Source: an uncultured Verrucomicrobiae bacterium
GTDB lineage: Bacteria; Verrucomicrobiota; Verrucomicrobiia; Chthoniobacterales; Terrimicrobiaceae
DNA length: 64,000 nt
NCBI GenBank assembly: GCA_963706955.1
Contig: CAVPOC010000003.1
Location: forward strand, 160,001 to 224,000
Reading direction: 5' to 3'
Shown here: piece by piece, positions 32,127 through 43,335 of the stretch
How positions within the stretch are numbered: the stretch's first letter is position 1
Layout of the letters: the number at the start of each line of letters is the position of its first letter
Notes under the pieces: model-generated
Databases searched by the model: none
Seen by the model: the letters and a program-made list of their open reading frames with translations, nothing else
What the model was told of the DNA's origin: nothing
Position numbers and translations under genes: made by a program

Positions 32127-32867
32127 TCATTTGACGCGCGCCCTGTATTTGTCGTGATAGCGCACCCAGTCTTGTGGGTTGTCTGGCTTTTCGTCGCGAC
32201 CTTTGGCGGTCAGGTCGAGGAAATTGTAGGTGGTATTCATCAGGTCAATCCCGCGCTCGTAGGACGAGTAGGTGTGGTAAATGTCGCTCTTCTTATCGCG
32301 GTAAAACGCGCTCACGCCTTCCTTTTCGTCAATGTGGCCTTTATACTTGCCGTAGTTGTAGGGAAGCTCTCCGCTCTTGACCTGCTCCGGCGTGAACGAC
32401 ACGTGAAAATCAAAATTGAAATCGGTGTTGAACGAGGACACCCATCGGAACTTCCAACCCATGCGGCTCTTGAACGGCTCGATCTCCGTTAAGGGCGCGC
32501 GGGACACGACCGCGAAGGCTGTGTCGCGCTCTCCAATGTGAATGTTCACGCTGTCGAAATGGTCGGCCCAAAAGGAGCAATGCTCGCAACCTTTCTGCCA
32601 TCCCGGTCCGAACATGAAGTGATAGATAATGAGTTGGCTCTTGCCGCAGAACAAATCGGCGAACGTCACCTTGCCCGTCGGCCCATCAAAAACGTATTCC
32701 TTTTCGACTTTGACCCATGGCAGCTGGCGACGTTGAAGGTTTAGGTCGTCCCGCAATTTTGAGAACTGCTTCTCTTTCCCCAGAAATTTCTTGCGAGCGA
32801 CAAGCCATTCTTTTCGCGAAACCACCTTACGGCTTTCAATTCCCCGGATCGTCTCGATTCCTGGCAT
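32127..32867 (-). CDS. DUF899 thioredoxin-like protein (second paralog)
   Basis: EWLVARK, LPWVKVEKEY, YHFMFGP..CEHCSFWAD, HTYSSYERG, WVRYHD. Confidence 0.9.
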   Translation of the reverse strand: MPGIETIRGIESRKVVSRKEWLVARKKFLGKEKQFSKLRDDLNLQRRQLPWVKVEKEYVFDGPTGKVTFADLFCGKSQLIIYHFMFGPGWQKGCEHCSFWADHFDSVNIHIGERDTAFAVVSRAPLTEIEPFKSRMGWKFRWVSSFNTDFNFDFHVSFTPEQVKSGELPYNYGKYKGHIDEKEGVSAFYRDKKSDIYHTYSSYERGIDLMNTTYNFLDLTAKGRDEKPDNPQDWVRYHDKYRARVK

Positions 32868-32932
32868 AATGTTCTTCCTTTGTTGCTAAGCGGTTGACTC
32901 GGGCGAGTTCATTCACCTGATCGTCATACCTT

Positions 32933-33385
32933 CTAAGCTGCGACCGGATCTGCCGAAGGTGCAGGCGGTGGATAGTTTTCAAACTTCGGCAAAGCGGGAT
33001 CCATTTGGTCCCACGGGTGCGCGTCTGATGTCCACACATTCACTTGCGGGTTAAACCAGCTCGGATCATCCAAGCTTGCCGTTCTGATCGCGACCAGGTG
33101 CGGGATCGCGTCGGGCTTGATCAGAATCGGCGAGCCGCAGTCAGGGCAAAAGCCGCGATGGGTCTGGCCACCCATCTGACTGGGAGAAGCATGGAAGCGT
33201 AATGAGCCTTGCAAAAGCTTAAAAGCTTCCTTCGCTACAACCAGGAAAGAGGAAAACGGACCTCCGCTGGATCGCTGGCAATCTCGACAGTGACAGTGAA
33301 GCATCACAATTGGCTCCGCCGTGGATTCGTAGCGAATCGAGCCGCAGGCGCATCCGCCTGAGAAGGGTGTGGTTATGTTGGTCAT
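32933..33385 (-). CDS. GFA (glutathione-dependent formaldehyde-activating/CENP-V) family protein
   Basis: GGCACG, HCHCRDCQR and FCPDCGS zinc motifs. Confidence 0.9.
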   Translation of the reverse strand: MTNITTPFSGGCACGSIRYESTAEPIVMLHCHCRDCQRSSGGPFSSFLVVAKEAFKLLQGSLRFHASPSQMGGQTHRGFCPDCGSPILIKPDAIPHLVAIRTASLDDPSWFNPQVNVWTSDAHPWDQMDPALPKFENYPPPAPSADPVAA

Positions 33386-33620
33386 ATGATTTGTGTAGTC
33401 GTTAATGCTGTCATTCGAATGATGTCGCGAATGCTCGACTTCAGGGGAGTTATTTTGCCGGGACGATGGACCGGTTTGACTGCTCTTGTCTCTGGGTTCG
33501 CCACCGATTCTTGTCGCTGCATTCATCGTCGCGTAGCCTGAATCCCGCCGGTGATTGGTCATGAAATAGTCTTAGCACCAGGCATCGAACCGTGAGAGTT
33601 ACAAATATGACGGGATTTCG

Positions 33621-34842
33621 ATGGACTCGCTGATCACTGCCGCGGCGCGGGCGCTGGCGGTAGGTGATCCCCTTGGCGCGCTGAAGCGAATCGCCCTGCG
33701 CGACGACGCGCCGGCCCTCGCTCTTCGAGGCATCGCGATGGCGCAGCTCGGCGATCTCGTTCGAGCAAAGGCGCTCCTGCGAAACGCTGGGCGTGCCTTC
33801 GGTCGAAAACAGCCGGTTGCCTGCGCGAGGTGCCTCGTCGCTCAGGCCGAGATCGCACTTGTCTCGCGTGACTTGGGCTGGCCTGCGAAGACGCTGGAGG
33901 CGGCGCGAACGACGCTCGAAGAGCACGGCGACCGGATAAACGCCGCCCATGCCCGCTATCTCGAGATCCGGCGCCTTCTCCTCTTCGGGCGCATCGACGA
34001 GGCGGAGCGTGCGCTCGCCGTGCTCGACCCTGCCCCCTTCCCTGCCGCGTCAAGAACCGCGCACGAGCTGGTGGTTGCAGGGATTGCGATGCGGCGGCTC
34101 CAGACGAAGGCGGCGCACGCTGCGCTCACTCGGGCGAAACGCGCAGCCCGCCAGGCGGGCATCCCTGCACTCACTGCGGAGGTCGAAAGCGCAAATCGCG
34201 TCTTGAGCACACCCGCTGCGCGTTTGATTGCGGGCGGCGCGGAGCGCTCCGTCCTGCTCGAGGAGGTCGAAGAATTGCTGGCGTCGAAAGCATTCATCGT
34301 GGACGCTTGTCGTCACGTCGTGCGTCACGAGAGCAGGGTGATCTCGCTCGCCAAGGCGGCCGGTGTTGTTCGCGCTGGCACGCGCGCTGAGCGAAGCATG
34401 GCCCGGAGACGTCCCGAGGGACACGCTCATTGCGCGCGCATTCGGATCGAAACTCGCGAATGAATCGCATCGCGCCCGCTTGCGGGTCGAAGTCGGGCGG
34501 CTTCGGACGGTGCTTCGGACCCTCGCTGACGTCCGCGCGACGAGGGAAGGTTTTGTGCTGGTGCCGCGCCGCGCACACGAGGTAGTCGTCCTGGCGTGGC
34601 CGGTTGAAGACGAGCATGCGGGGGTGCTCGCCTTACTCGCCGACGGTGAATCCTGGTCGAGCTCGGCCCTTGCGCTTGCGCTTGGAACAAGCCAGCGCAC
34701 CGTGCAGCGGGCGCTCGACTCGCTAGCGGTCGCAGGCAAGGTGCAGTCGTTTGGTCGCGGGCGAGCGCGTCGTTGGATTACCCCGCCCGTCCCGGGATTC
34801 ACGACGATGTTGTTACTCCCCGCTCCTCTGCCATTTGACTAA
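33621..34842 (+). CDS. TPR-like/HTH transcriptional regulator, frameshift near 34352
   Basis: MDSLITAAARALAVGDPLGALKR N-terminus; winged-HTH-like LFALARAL..RARLRVEVGRLR and C-terminal HTH WSSSALALALGTSQRTVQRAL. Confidence 0.8.
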
Positions 34843-34851
34843 GATGAAGCT

Positions 34852-35539
34852 ATGAATCAATCAATCGCCGAGATCCTCCGTGAGTATGGACCCTTTTCAG
34901 GTATCCCCAAGGTGCATGGAGTCACCTATGACGGGCAGAACGTCTGGTTTGCTGCCGGAGACACGCTTAACGTCCTCGATCCTGCGAGTGGGAAGATGCT
35001 GCGCTCGATCGATGTGGCCGCGGACGCAGGAACGGCCTTCGACGGCCAGCACCTCTTCCAACTCGCCGAGGATCGCATCCAGAAGGTCGACCCGAAGACC
35101 GGGCGGTGTGCTCGCGACGATCCCCGCGCCACCCGGGGGCTGTAACTCAGGGCTCACCTGGGCCGAAGGGACGCTCTGGGTCGGGCAGTATGAAGACCGG
35201 AAGATCCATCAAGTGGATCCCGAAACAGGCGCGATTCTTCGCACCATCGAGTGCACCCGCTTCGTCACCGGAGTCACCTGGGTCGAGGGAGAGCTCTGGC
35301 ACGGCACCTGGGAAGAGGACAGCAGCGATTTGAGGCGAGTCGATCCCCGAACGGGAGAGGTTCTGGAGAGGCTCGAAATGCCGGCGGGTGTGGGGGTCTC
35401 CGGGCTCGAATCCGATGGAGGCGATCTGTTCTTCTGCGGCGGGGGAAGTAGCGGCAAGTTGAGGGCGGTCCGGCGGCCGAAACGAGGCTCGGCAAGCCGC
35501 AGCGACTCCGAGGTGCCGATCGGCTCCACGAGCAAGTAA
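34852..35539 (+). CDS. Glutaminyl-cyclotransferase-like/PQQ-like beta-propeller protein, frameshift near 35107
   Basis: VHGVTYDG, AGTAFDG, SGLTWAEGTLWVGQY, FVTGVTW, VSGLESDG repeats; 9 nt after the regulator. Confidence 0.75.
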
Positions 35540-35633
35540 GCAAAGCGGGCCTCGGGAAGTTGGTGCTGGGTCGGCGCGGTGCTGCGAGCAGGCGCTGCAA
35601 TATCCCGCGAACAGGCACCTGGTCGGTCCCTTT

Positions 35634-35690
35634 GTAGAGGCGGTTGTGCCAACCGCCTGATGACAGGCCCTTGACACAAGGGCCTCCAAC
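35634..35690. repeat. GTAG-type REP doublet
   Basis: GTAGAGGCGGTTGTGCCAACCGCCT followed by the hairpin AGGCCCTTG-ACA-CAAGGGCCT. Confidence 0.6.
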
Positions 35691-36024
35691 CGTCGAACGC
35701 AGGCTTGCGATCACCCGCCCCGGCACTGTATCAGCCCGCCCGGGAGAAGTCTTACAAAGTGAGCGCTACCATCTAAGGTCGCGATAGATTTTTTCTGCTG
35801 GAAAACTTCCCTGCTCGCAGATTTGCAGCGCCCGCCCCAAAAAAAGTCCAGCATTCGAGAGTGATTGGACTTTACGGTTGACTTCGCGGATTCCAGTAAC
35901 GTAGTCATTTGGGTGGATTCGAGTTTTCCCCGTTGCTCGAGTATGTCGCAATGACAGCTCAACCTCTCTCCACTTACAGCCTGAGGACGAATCGAAACTC
36001 CGGCTTAAACTTAGAGCATTCGAA

Positions 36025-36952
36025 ATGAAACGCTTATTCCCAGCATTCGCAATTGTCCTCGTAACTTGCGGCCATCGTGATGACCTCTGCGATGGCTCAA
36101 AACATTGGAGTTTCGTTAGCCTACTCCGATGACCTTTTCCTAACGACTCTCCGCGAGGCTATGGAGAAAAGGGCAAAGGAGCTGGGAGTAAAGATTCAGT
36201 TCGAGCACGCGCAGGGCGATATTGGCAAGCAGCTAAATCAGATCCAAAACTTTGTCGCCCAGAAGATGAACGCTATCATCGTCAACCCTGTCGATACCAC
36301 GGCCACCCCGAATATGACGAAACTCGCGACCGATGCCGGTATTCCTCTGGTCTACGTGAACCTCAAACCTGCTGAGGAGACCCTCCCCAAAGGAGTGGCT
36401 TACGTTGGCTCAGACGAGAACGTATCGGGCAAGCTGCAGGGCGAGGAGATCGCTCGACTTTTGAATAACAAGGGCAACGTCGTCATCCTGGTGGGCGAAC
36501 TTGCGACTCAGGCTGCCCTGCTACGGACCGAAGGCGTAGAGAAAGTCGTCGCTAAGCATCCGGAAATAAAGATCGTGGGGAAGCAACCTGCCAATTGGAA
36601 GCGGAATGAGGCCATCGACCTCATGAACAACTTGTTGGTTGCTGGAACGAAGATCGACGCTGTCGCCGCCAACAACGACGAAATGGCAATTGGAGCGATT
36701 CTCGCGCTTCAGCAGGCCGGCAAGGATCCAAAGAAATTGGTCATCGGCGGCATTGACGCAACTAAGGACGCGCTCCGTGAGATGGAGCGGGGCAACTTAG
36801 CTGTGACCGTCTTCCAGGATCCAAAGGCCCAGGGAATCGGCGCAGTGGAAACCGCCGTCAAGCTCACCAAGGGCGAAAAGGTCGAATCCTTCGTCTGGAT
36901 CCCGTTCCAGTTGGTCACCAAGGATAATTACAAGGAATTCCTTTCGAAGTAG
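36025..36952 (+). CDS. Sugar/inositol ABC substrate-binding protein (RbsB/MocB-like), frameshift in the signal peptide
   Basis: MKRLFPAFAIVLV signal; AIIVNPVDT, YVGSDE, ANNDEMAIGA, GGIDAT, TVFQD. Confidence 0.9.
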
Positions 36953-36988
36953 TCCGCCGCCGAAAGTAACCCCCTGCAGGAGGCTTTT

Positions 36989-37822
36989 ATGAGATTTTCC
37001 ATTTGTGCTTGGACATTCGGCAATGCGCCGATCGACAAAGTATTCGAGCTCGTTTCGTCGGCCGGCTACACATCCATCGACCTGACAGCTGTCGTTGACT
37101 CTTGTGATTGGCCTGAAGCAGTTCGACTGGGCGAGAGGTTCTCGCTTGAAATCAGCGGCCTGACCTGTGACAGCGGTTGGCCGGCAGAAGATCATGACTT
37201 AGCAAACAAGAACGCCCTCAATAGGCAGAAGGCCGTTGACTATTTTAGACGGCAAATTGAATGCGTAAAAGTCGTGGGAGGCGATTACTTGATCGTTGTT
37301 CCTTCTGCCGTCGGGAAGTTCCGCTCCATGGGACGCGATACGAGCGAGGACTGGAAATGGGGAGTCGAGTCGGTCTGCAATCTTACTGAAACAGCCGCCA
37401 ACAATCAGGTCACATTGGTGATCGAGCCGCTCAATCGCTATGAAAGCTGCATCGTCAACACTGCCGAAGATGTGTCGCGATTCGTCAAGGAGGTAAATCA
37501 TCCGAACGTGAAAGCCTTGTTGGACACATATCATATGAATATCGAAGAAGCTGATATCGAGCAGGCCTTTCTCAGCGTGCAGGATTGCTTGGAAGTTGTC
37601 CATTTTGCAGATAGTAATCGACGCGGTCTCGGCCGGGGCCATATCGATTTCCGGCCGATTGTCTCCGGGATGAAGGCCATCGGCTTTGACAAGACGATCG
37701 TCCTCGAATCTACCGCGCCAGGACCCGATCCGTTCAAGGCCGATAAGGGCGATACGACCGCGCAAACTATGGCCACCTATGCCCAGGAATCGCTCGCTAA
37801 GCTGAAAGAGTGGTTTGCGTAA
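36989..37822 (+). CDS. Sugar phosphate isomerase/epimerase (D-psicose/D-tagatose 3-epimerase-like)
   Basis: IEPLNRYE, LDTYHMNIEE, HFADSNRRGLGRGHIDF, VLES metal motifs. Confidence 0.88.
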   Translation: MRFSICAWTFGNAPIDKVFELVSSAGYTSIDLTAVVDSCDWPEAVRLGERFSLEISGLTCDSGWPAEDHDLANKNALNRQKAVDYFRRQIECVKVVGGDYLIVVPSAVGKFRSMGRDTSEDWKWGVESVCNLTETAANNQVTLVIEPLNRYESCIVNTAEDVSRFVKEVNHPNVKALLDTYHMNIEEADIEQAFLSVQDCLEVVHFADSNRRGLGRGHIDFRPIVSGMKAIGFDKTIVLESTAPGPDPFKADKGDTTAQTMATYAQESLAKLKEWFA

Positions 37823-37893
37823 AGCACCAGACGCATCTCCCGCGACATTGACATCTTAGAGTCGCTAAAAATCAAATAGAAAGAACCAAGGAA

Positions 37894-38887
37894 GTGTCGA
37901 AAGTAAAAGTTGGTATTTTGGGGGCCGGCTTTATTGCCAAGGTACATATCGGGAACTTGAAGAATGATGAAAGGGTGGAAATCGCTGGCGTGGTCGACTT
38001 GTATTTGGATAAAGCTAAGACGCTGGCCAAGGAAGCCGGACCTCAAGCAAATGCTTTCACTTCGTTGGACGAGCTCTTCACAAGTAAGGTAGATGCGGTC
38101 TACGTGACAACGCCTAATACATTACATGTTGGCCCGGTTCTCAAATGCCTGGAAAACAATGTGAACGTGTTCTGCGAAAAGCCAATGGCTACTTCGTTGC
38201 GGGAGGCAGAGCAAATCAGAGATGCGTCCGCAAAGTCCAAAGGGATCTATAACCTCGGAATGAATATGAGGTATGGTTACGTCTTCAAGAGAGTCAAGCA
38301 GCTGATCGACTCCGGAGAGGTGAAGCCTTATATGGTCAACGTAAAGCTCAATCGCGGTGAGCTCCTCAACCCGCCGTGGACGGCGGACCCTAAAGTGACC
38401 GGAGGGTTCCTCTATGAAACGCCGATTCATTTGTTCGATATATGCCGATACCTTTTTGGGGAAGTCGCGACCCTGAAGTGCGAAGCGCGACAGAGCATTT
38501 CACAGTCTGAATTCGATGACTTCGCCGTCCTGCTTACATTTGAATCCGGGACGATTGGGACATTTGTTACCTCCGCTCATGCCGGATGGAGTTATCCTTT
38601 TCAGAGGCTGGAGATTTATGGCGAGTTACTCCACCGTTGCAGTCGAAGATATGGAGAAAGTAATCTATGCCCCGGGCCTGAAGCGGGGAACGGAGGAAAA
38701 CGATTTTAAGCAAGTTCCCTTCGAGGAGAAATGGGGATATATCGAAGAAGACCGTCTGTTTGTTGATGCAATTCTCAACGGGAGCAAACCTCCCGTGACG
38801 GCAGATGACGGATATCTCTTGAGCAGGTTATTGGATGGGATTTATGAGAGCGCCAAGACAGGCAACCAATTGGATTTTCGTAAATGA
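37894..38887 (+). CDS. Gfo/Idh/MocA oxidoreductase, frameshift near 38625
   Basis: GILGAGFIA, CEKPMA, GGFLYETPIH; C-terminus in ORF 38516-38887. Confidence 0.85.
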
Positions 38888-39359
38888 CGCCGGCCAGCGA
38901 TTGGCCTCGAGCAAACCTGGAACGCACAGCGATAAAAATAAGGGCCGTCCAAAGCCCGAGGAAGCCGCTGCGCAACGATCAGCGGTAGATAGTGGGGCGT
39001 TCAAGCAAACGGCGGACCCTGTCGCCGCCCAGATTGCCATAAGCGCTCGCTCGACGAACCCGGGGTAAGCTCTCCGAGCGAAAATTCTGCGAGACGCCTC
39101 GCTCTCGCATGAGCGCCATCAACGTGCTCCGTGTGCATCGCGGCGAGCGCTTCCCAGATCGAGTGTAAATAATGGGGGAAGTTTGCTCTCTAGCCTTTGG
39201 CTGTCCATGCCCAAGACCACTAGAACATTCGCCGCCGAACATTTTCTAGCGGATTTGAGATTAGAAATCGGGAATGGCCAAGATGAGTAACGCGATCCAA
39301 AAGAGGGCTCAATCAGCTAAGGGTGGTTTTCTCAATATTGTTTCGACCTTGCTCCGCAA

Positions 39360-40604
39360 GTGGGGGAACCTGCCCGGCGTTATCAAACCAAGGTTCTAGA
39401 AATGGTTCGTCCCGGTCTTCTCACGCTCCTTTGCTACGGCGCGATGATGAGTTTAGCCATCGGCGTGAATCTCCTGCCGGTTTTCCTGACCAGTTTGAGC
39501 CTGACGTTCGGAGGTCAGGATGGCTTGAGTCAGGAACAGCTGGGCCGGCTTGGTGCGATCAGCTTTATCGGCCTTGTGCTGGGAATCCTCATCGCCGGCC
39601 CCGCTTCAGACCGATGGGGCGCGAAAGGCTTTGCTATAGGAGGGAACGGTATCATGGTCGTCAGCCTGATCGGCATGTCCCTGGCGCCCGATTACGGCAC
39701 CCTGGGACTGGCGGTATTCTGGCTGGGATTCGGAGCCGGCATCCTCGACATGATTCTCAGCCCGGTGGTCGCGGTGCTCAATCCGAATCGGAGATCGGCT
39801 GCGATGAACTGGTTGCACTCCTTCTACTGCGTTGGTGCCGTCGTCACGATTCTCGCGAGCACCGTCGCGCTGCAGATCGGCTTAAGCTGGCGGCATGCTT
39901 GTTTCCTGCTCTTGCCCCTTCCGCTGTTGCTGGTGACGGCATTCGCTCTGCTTCGCTTTCCGGCACTCGTGGCCGACTCCGAAACAGGAGGAAGAACCCC
40001 ACTGCGACAGTTACTCCGGGGACGATGGTTCTGGGGGGCATTGGCTGCCATCTTTCTTGGTGGCGCAACCGAACTGGGAATGGCTCAGTGGCTACCGGCC
40101 TATGCCGAAACTACCCTGGGGTATCCCCAGTGGGTCGGTGGGATGGCGTTACTTTTGTTCTCGGTTGCCATGGCAGTGGGGCGGATGATCGTCGGAGCAA
40201 TCGGCGGAAGGATTGATCCTTTCGTGATAATGGCATGGTGCTGCGGGTCGTCGGCTGTTCTCTTTCTCCTGGGCTCATTTCTGCCAGTTTCCAGTCTAGC
40301 TTTGGCTGCCTGTATCGCCGTCGGTTTTACGGGGAGCGCGCTCTGGCCCACGTTACTCGGCGTGACGGCAGATCGTTATTCATCCGGTGGTGGAAGCATG
40401 TTTGCGGCGTTGGCTGCCTTGGGCAATGCCGGTGGAATCTTAATGCCATGGGTGGTTGGATGGATCGGCGACCTGTCCAGCCTGCGCTGGGGACTGGCTG
40501 TTTCGGCGTTCGCGCCACTTCTCATGCTGCCGCTGGTGCTCGTGCTCAAGTTTAGAAGCGTCGACCGAACTATCGAAAGCAAGAGCGCTATAGCGATGGA
40601 GTAA
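39360..40604 (+). CDS. MFS transporter (sugar permease-like)
   Basis: About 12 TM segments; GPASDRWG, MNWLHSFYCVG, AQWLPAY. Confidence 0.88.
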   Translation: MGEPARRYQTKVLEMVRPGLLTLLCYGAMMSLAIGVNLLPVFLTSLSLTFGGQDGLSQEQLGRLGAISFIGLVLGILIAGPASDRWGAKGFAIGGNGIMVVSLIGMSLAPDYGTLGLAVFWLGFGAGILDMILSPVVAVLNPNRRSAAMNWLHSFYCVGAVVTILASTVALQIGLSWRHACFLLLPLPLLLVTAFALLRFPALVADSETGGRTPLRQLLRGRWFWGALAAIFLGGATELGMAQWLPAYAETTLGYPQWVGGMALLLFSVAMAVGRMIVGAIGGRIDPFVIMAWCCGSSAVLFLLGSFLPVSSLALAACIAVGFTGSALWPTLLGVTADRYSSGGGSMFAALAALGNAGGILMPWVVGWIGDLSSLRWGLAVSAFAPLLMLPLVLVLKFRSVDRTIESKSAIAME

Positions 40605-41139
40605 GGCGCACTCGCAGACTGAAAGCGCGCCGCCATTCCCCATGGCGGCCGCTGCGCAGGAGAAATCCTCGAGAGAGACTTCTGAAAAGGTGGGCGGAGC
40701 ATTTGTGGGGGGCGCTATGATTGCTGTTAAGGGCCGATCAGGAGTTCGAGGCTCCATGAGTCGCCCGGCTTTCCCGCCCAATCTTTGCGAGTGCGCCGGC
40801 AAATCTTCTGGTGAGCACACCAAAAAGCGGGAGTTCCGGGGGAGCACACCCTTCCCCGGGTGTAATGCCCGGCGTCCGCGCCGGGCACAAGCGTCGGTTG
40901 GCTCAAGGCAGACGGAGGGTGCTCGGCCATTGTGCTCGCCAAAACTAGTGTGACCAAGGTCACGAACCTCGTCACAAAGGGTTGTCCGTTTGTCCGGCGT
41001 GGACGCCAGACAATCACACCCGGGATTCGCCTAGGCGAATGCTCCCCAGAACCTGACGCAGACGGCTGCGTCGATCGCAGCGCGTCGGCGAGGCACGGGC
41101 ATATCCGGCTCTGGGTCGGCTGAGCGTTTAGTCAGGCTG

Positions 41140-42207
41140 TCAGAGGCCTTGCTTGATCAGGCCATCGACCGTGTCCTTGTTGACGATCATGATCTTCTCG
41201 ACCCTGATCTGCTTATCGTCGACGTCGACCACCGCCTTGCCGAGTCCGGGGATCTCGACGCCGCTAACAATCGGCGTCCCGTCCAGCACCAACTTCGCGA
41301 CCGCCACCATGGCGTAGCCGGCATCGGACGGGTTCCACAAATAGCCTTCGCGGATGGTGCCATCCATGATCAGCGGCTTGGCCTGCGACGGCACCACCGT
41401 CCCGATCACGGCGATCTTTTTAGCAAGGCCTTTCTCGCGAACCGCATTGCCAGCGCCGATCGGGCCGTTGGAGCCGAAGGCTAAAAGGCCTTTCAGGTTG
41501 GGGTAGGTCTTGATCACGTCGAGCGCCGTTTTGTGCGCGGTGTCGATCTCGTCGGCGCCGGGGAAACGGTCGGCGACGAGCTTCATCTTGGGATAGTTTG
41601 CCTTTTGGTAGGCGATCGCCGCATCGGCCCAGATGTTGTGGAGAGGCGTGGTCAGCGAGCCGACAAAGACGGCGTATTCCCCCTCCTCGCCCATTTCTTT
41701 GGCGAGCTTCTGCATCTGAACCTGGCCGAACGCCACGGAATCGATGAGCTCGACGTTCCAAGTGCGGCCTTCCTGCTCGGGTCCTTCATGTGTGATCACG
41801 GCGATACCGGCCTGCTGCGCGCGCTTCAGCACCGGCTCGGCCATCTTTACGTCGATCGGGACCAGGCCGATCACGTCAACCTTCTGAGCAACCAGGTCTT
41901 CTAAGAGCTTGACCTGCTGGGCAGCATCAAGATGGGGCGGACCAACTACGGAGGCGTCGATGCCGAAATCCGTGCCGGCTTTCTTCAAGCCGTTCTCCAG
42001 CGCATTGAACCAGGGAATGCCGGCAATCTTGACTACCGTCACCATCTTCTTCTGGTCCTCCGCAAAGGAGAGGCTGGAGAATCCCACGAGAGTGGCGGTG
42101 GCAACGGCAGCGCCTCCGAAGAGCTTCAACATTTCGCGTCTCTGCACGCCTTGAAGATGCACGATAGAGGCAGAAAGCCAATCAATCTCGGCCAGAGCCT
42201 CTGCCAT
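41140..42207 (-). CDS. LsrB/rhamnose-type ABC substrate-binding protein with a twin-arginine-like leader
   Basis: QRREMLKLFGG leader; VVKIAGIPWFN, FVGSLTTPLHN, YLWNPSDAGYAM; exact start uncertain. Confidence 0.85.
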   Translation of the reverse strand: MAEALAEIDWLSASIVHLQGVQRREMLKLFGGAAVATATLVGFSSLSFAEDQKKMVTVVKIAGIPWFNALENGLKKAGTDFGIDASVVGPPHLDAAQQVKLLEDLVAQKVDVIGLVPIDVKMAEPVLKRAQQAGIAVITHEGPEQEGRTWNVELIDSVAFGQVQMQKLAKEMGEEGEYAVFVGSLTTPLHNIWADAAIAYQKANYPKMKLVADRFPGADEIDTAHKTALDVIKTYPNLKGLLAFGSNGPIGAGNAVREKGLAKKIAVIGTVVPSQAKPLIMDGTIREGYLWNPSDAGYAMVAVAKLVLDGTPIVSGVEIPGLGKAVVDVDDKQIRVEKIMIVNKDTVDGLIKQGL

Positions 42208-42257
42208 AGTTCAAGAGTTGGGTTTAAGCTTAAGAAATAGAGGGACGCGTGTTTACC

Positions 42258-42292
42258 GCAAGAATACGACAGGCATCGCAAGATCCCGCGAG
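42258..42292 (+). promoter_or_regulatory. Tandem 20-bp-period box, copy 1 (type B)
   Basis: GCAAGAATACGACAGGCATC-GCAAGATCCCGCGAG. Confidence 0.75.
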
Positions 42293-42331
42293 CAGCGAAT
42301 CGCTCGATGAACGATGGTCTCCTGGAAACCT

Positions 42332-42536
42332 ATGTCAGAAAAGTTTACAAATCTCGTTCATTCCTCACGAGAGGGTCAGAAATGCGAACCAGGTGCCAAC
42401 ACCAATACGGGTTCGCCGCGAAGGCAGTGGCCCGGGCAGGCTAGTCAAGGAGCGTGCCCCAGGGAATCGGATTTCGGTCGTCTTTACAGTTGGTGGGCCG
42501 CTGGTTTACCAGCCTCAGCGCGTCCGCGTCGCCTAA
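42332..42536 (+). CDS. Small ORF of the VFTVGGPLVY family (1-nt frameshift)
   Basis: MSEKFTNLVH...RISVVFTVGGPLVYQPQRVRVA*; homologous to 62692-62898. Confidence 0.5.
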
Positions 42537-43335
42537 CCAGTAGCAACCATTTCGCCAAAATCCGCGTGCTGCATTGCGTCGCTGGAGCAAGCGCTAGTGC
42601 GGTTATTTTAATATTTTGATGCTCGTGGGTAAGCGCTTGCAGAGGAAAGTCAGATTCACTTCAGATGACTTGTTTGCTGTTGTCTTTGCATCGCGCCGCT
42701 CGTGAATATGTTAAGACTGGCGCTTCAATGCGGCTGCTCCGGCCGACTCGACCTCTCGCAAGCGCGGCTACGCCTGCGGCGACTGCAACGCCGGTCATGA
42801 AGAAAGTCCCGCGGTGACCTATTGGACAGCCAGCGCAGGAGTAGCCGATTAGATGAATGCCGGTCGCATCATTCGGATCAGCCATCACGCCGCACCCTCA
42901 TTGAGGTTGAGGGTGGCTTCTTTATTCACGCGATCACAATCTGCCGGTTGACCGCCGCCGAGAAATATCTCGGACGCTTATCGCCGCTATATGCCGGTCG
43001 CTCTCGGCTCAGATTACCGTTAACGAATCGAGTCCCTTGATGCTCGCCGGGGCAAGAGTGTAATCTCTGGGTAATTGACACCCGATTTTGCACCTTGAGG
43101 AGGCCCGATTTTCGCACAAGAATCTGGACCTGGTGATTCCGAACACGTTCTCGGCGCGTATCAGATCGCCTGGAGCGATGAAAAGGTGCAGATCTGCGAG
43201 CAGCTCCTCATAGAATCGGTGTGAAGGTGCCCAAGCCGAGTGGGAGACTCGAACTCGTAGAAGATTGCTTTGGTCACAGCGAGATCGCTGCTGGCGCGTT
43301 GTTTGCCGTTTCGCTTCGCTCTCTCAAACAGTCTC

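Noticed and set aside
41140..42207. Calling this gene lsrB (AI-2 quorum sensing)
   Set aside because: No lsrACDK genes nearby, and the family also binds rhamnose and other sugars.
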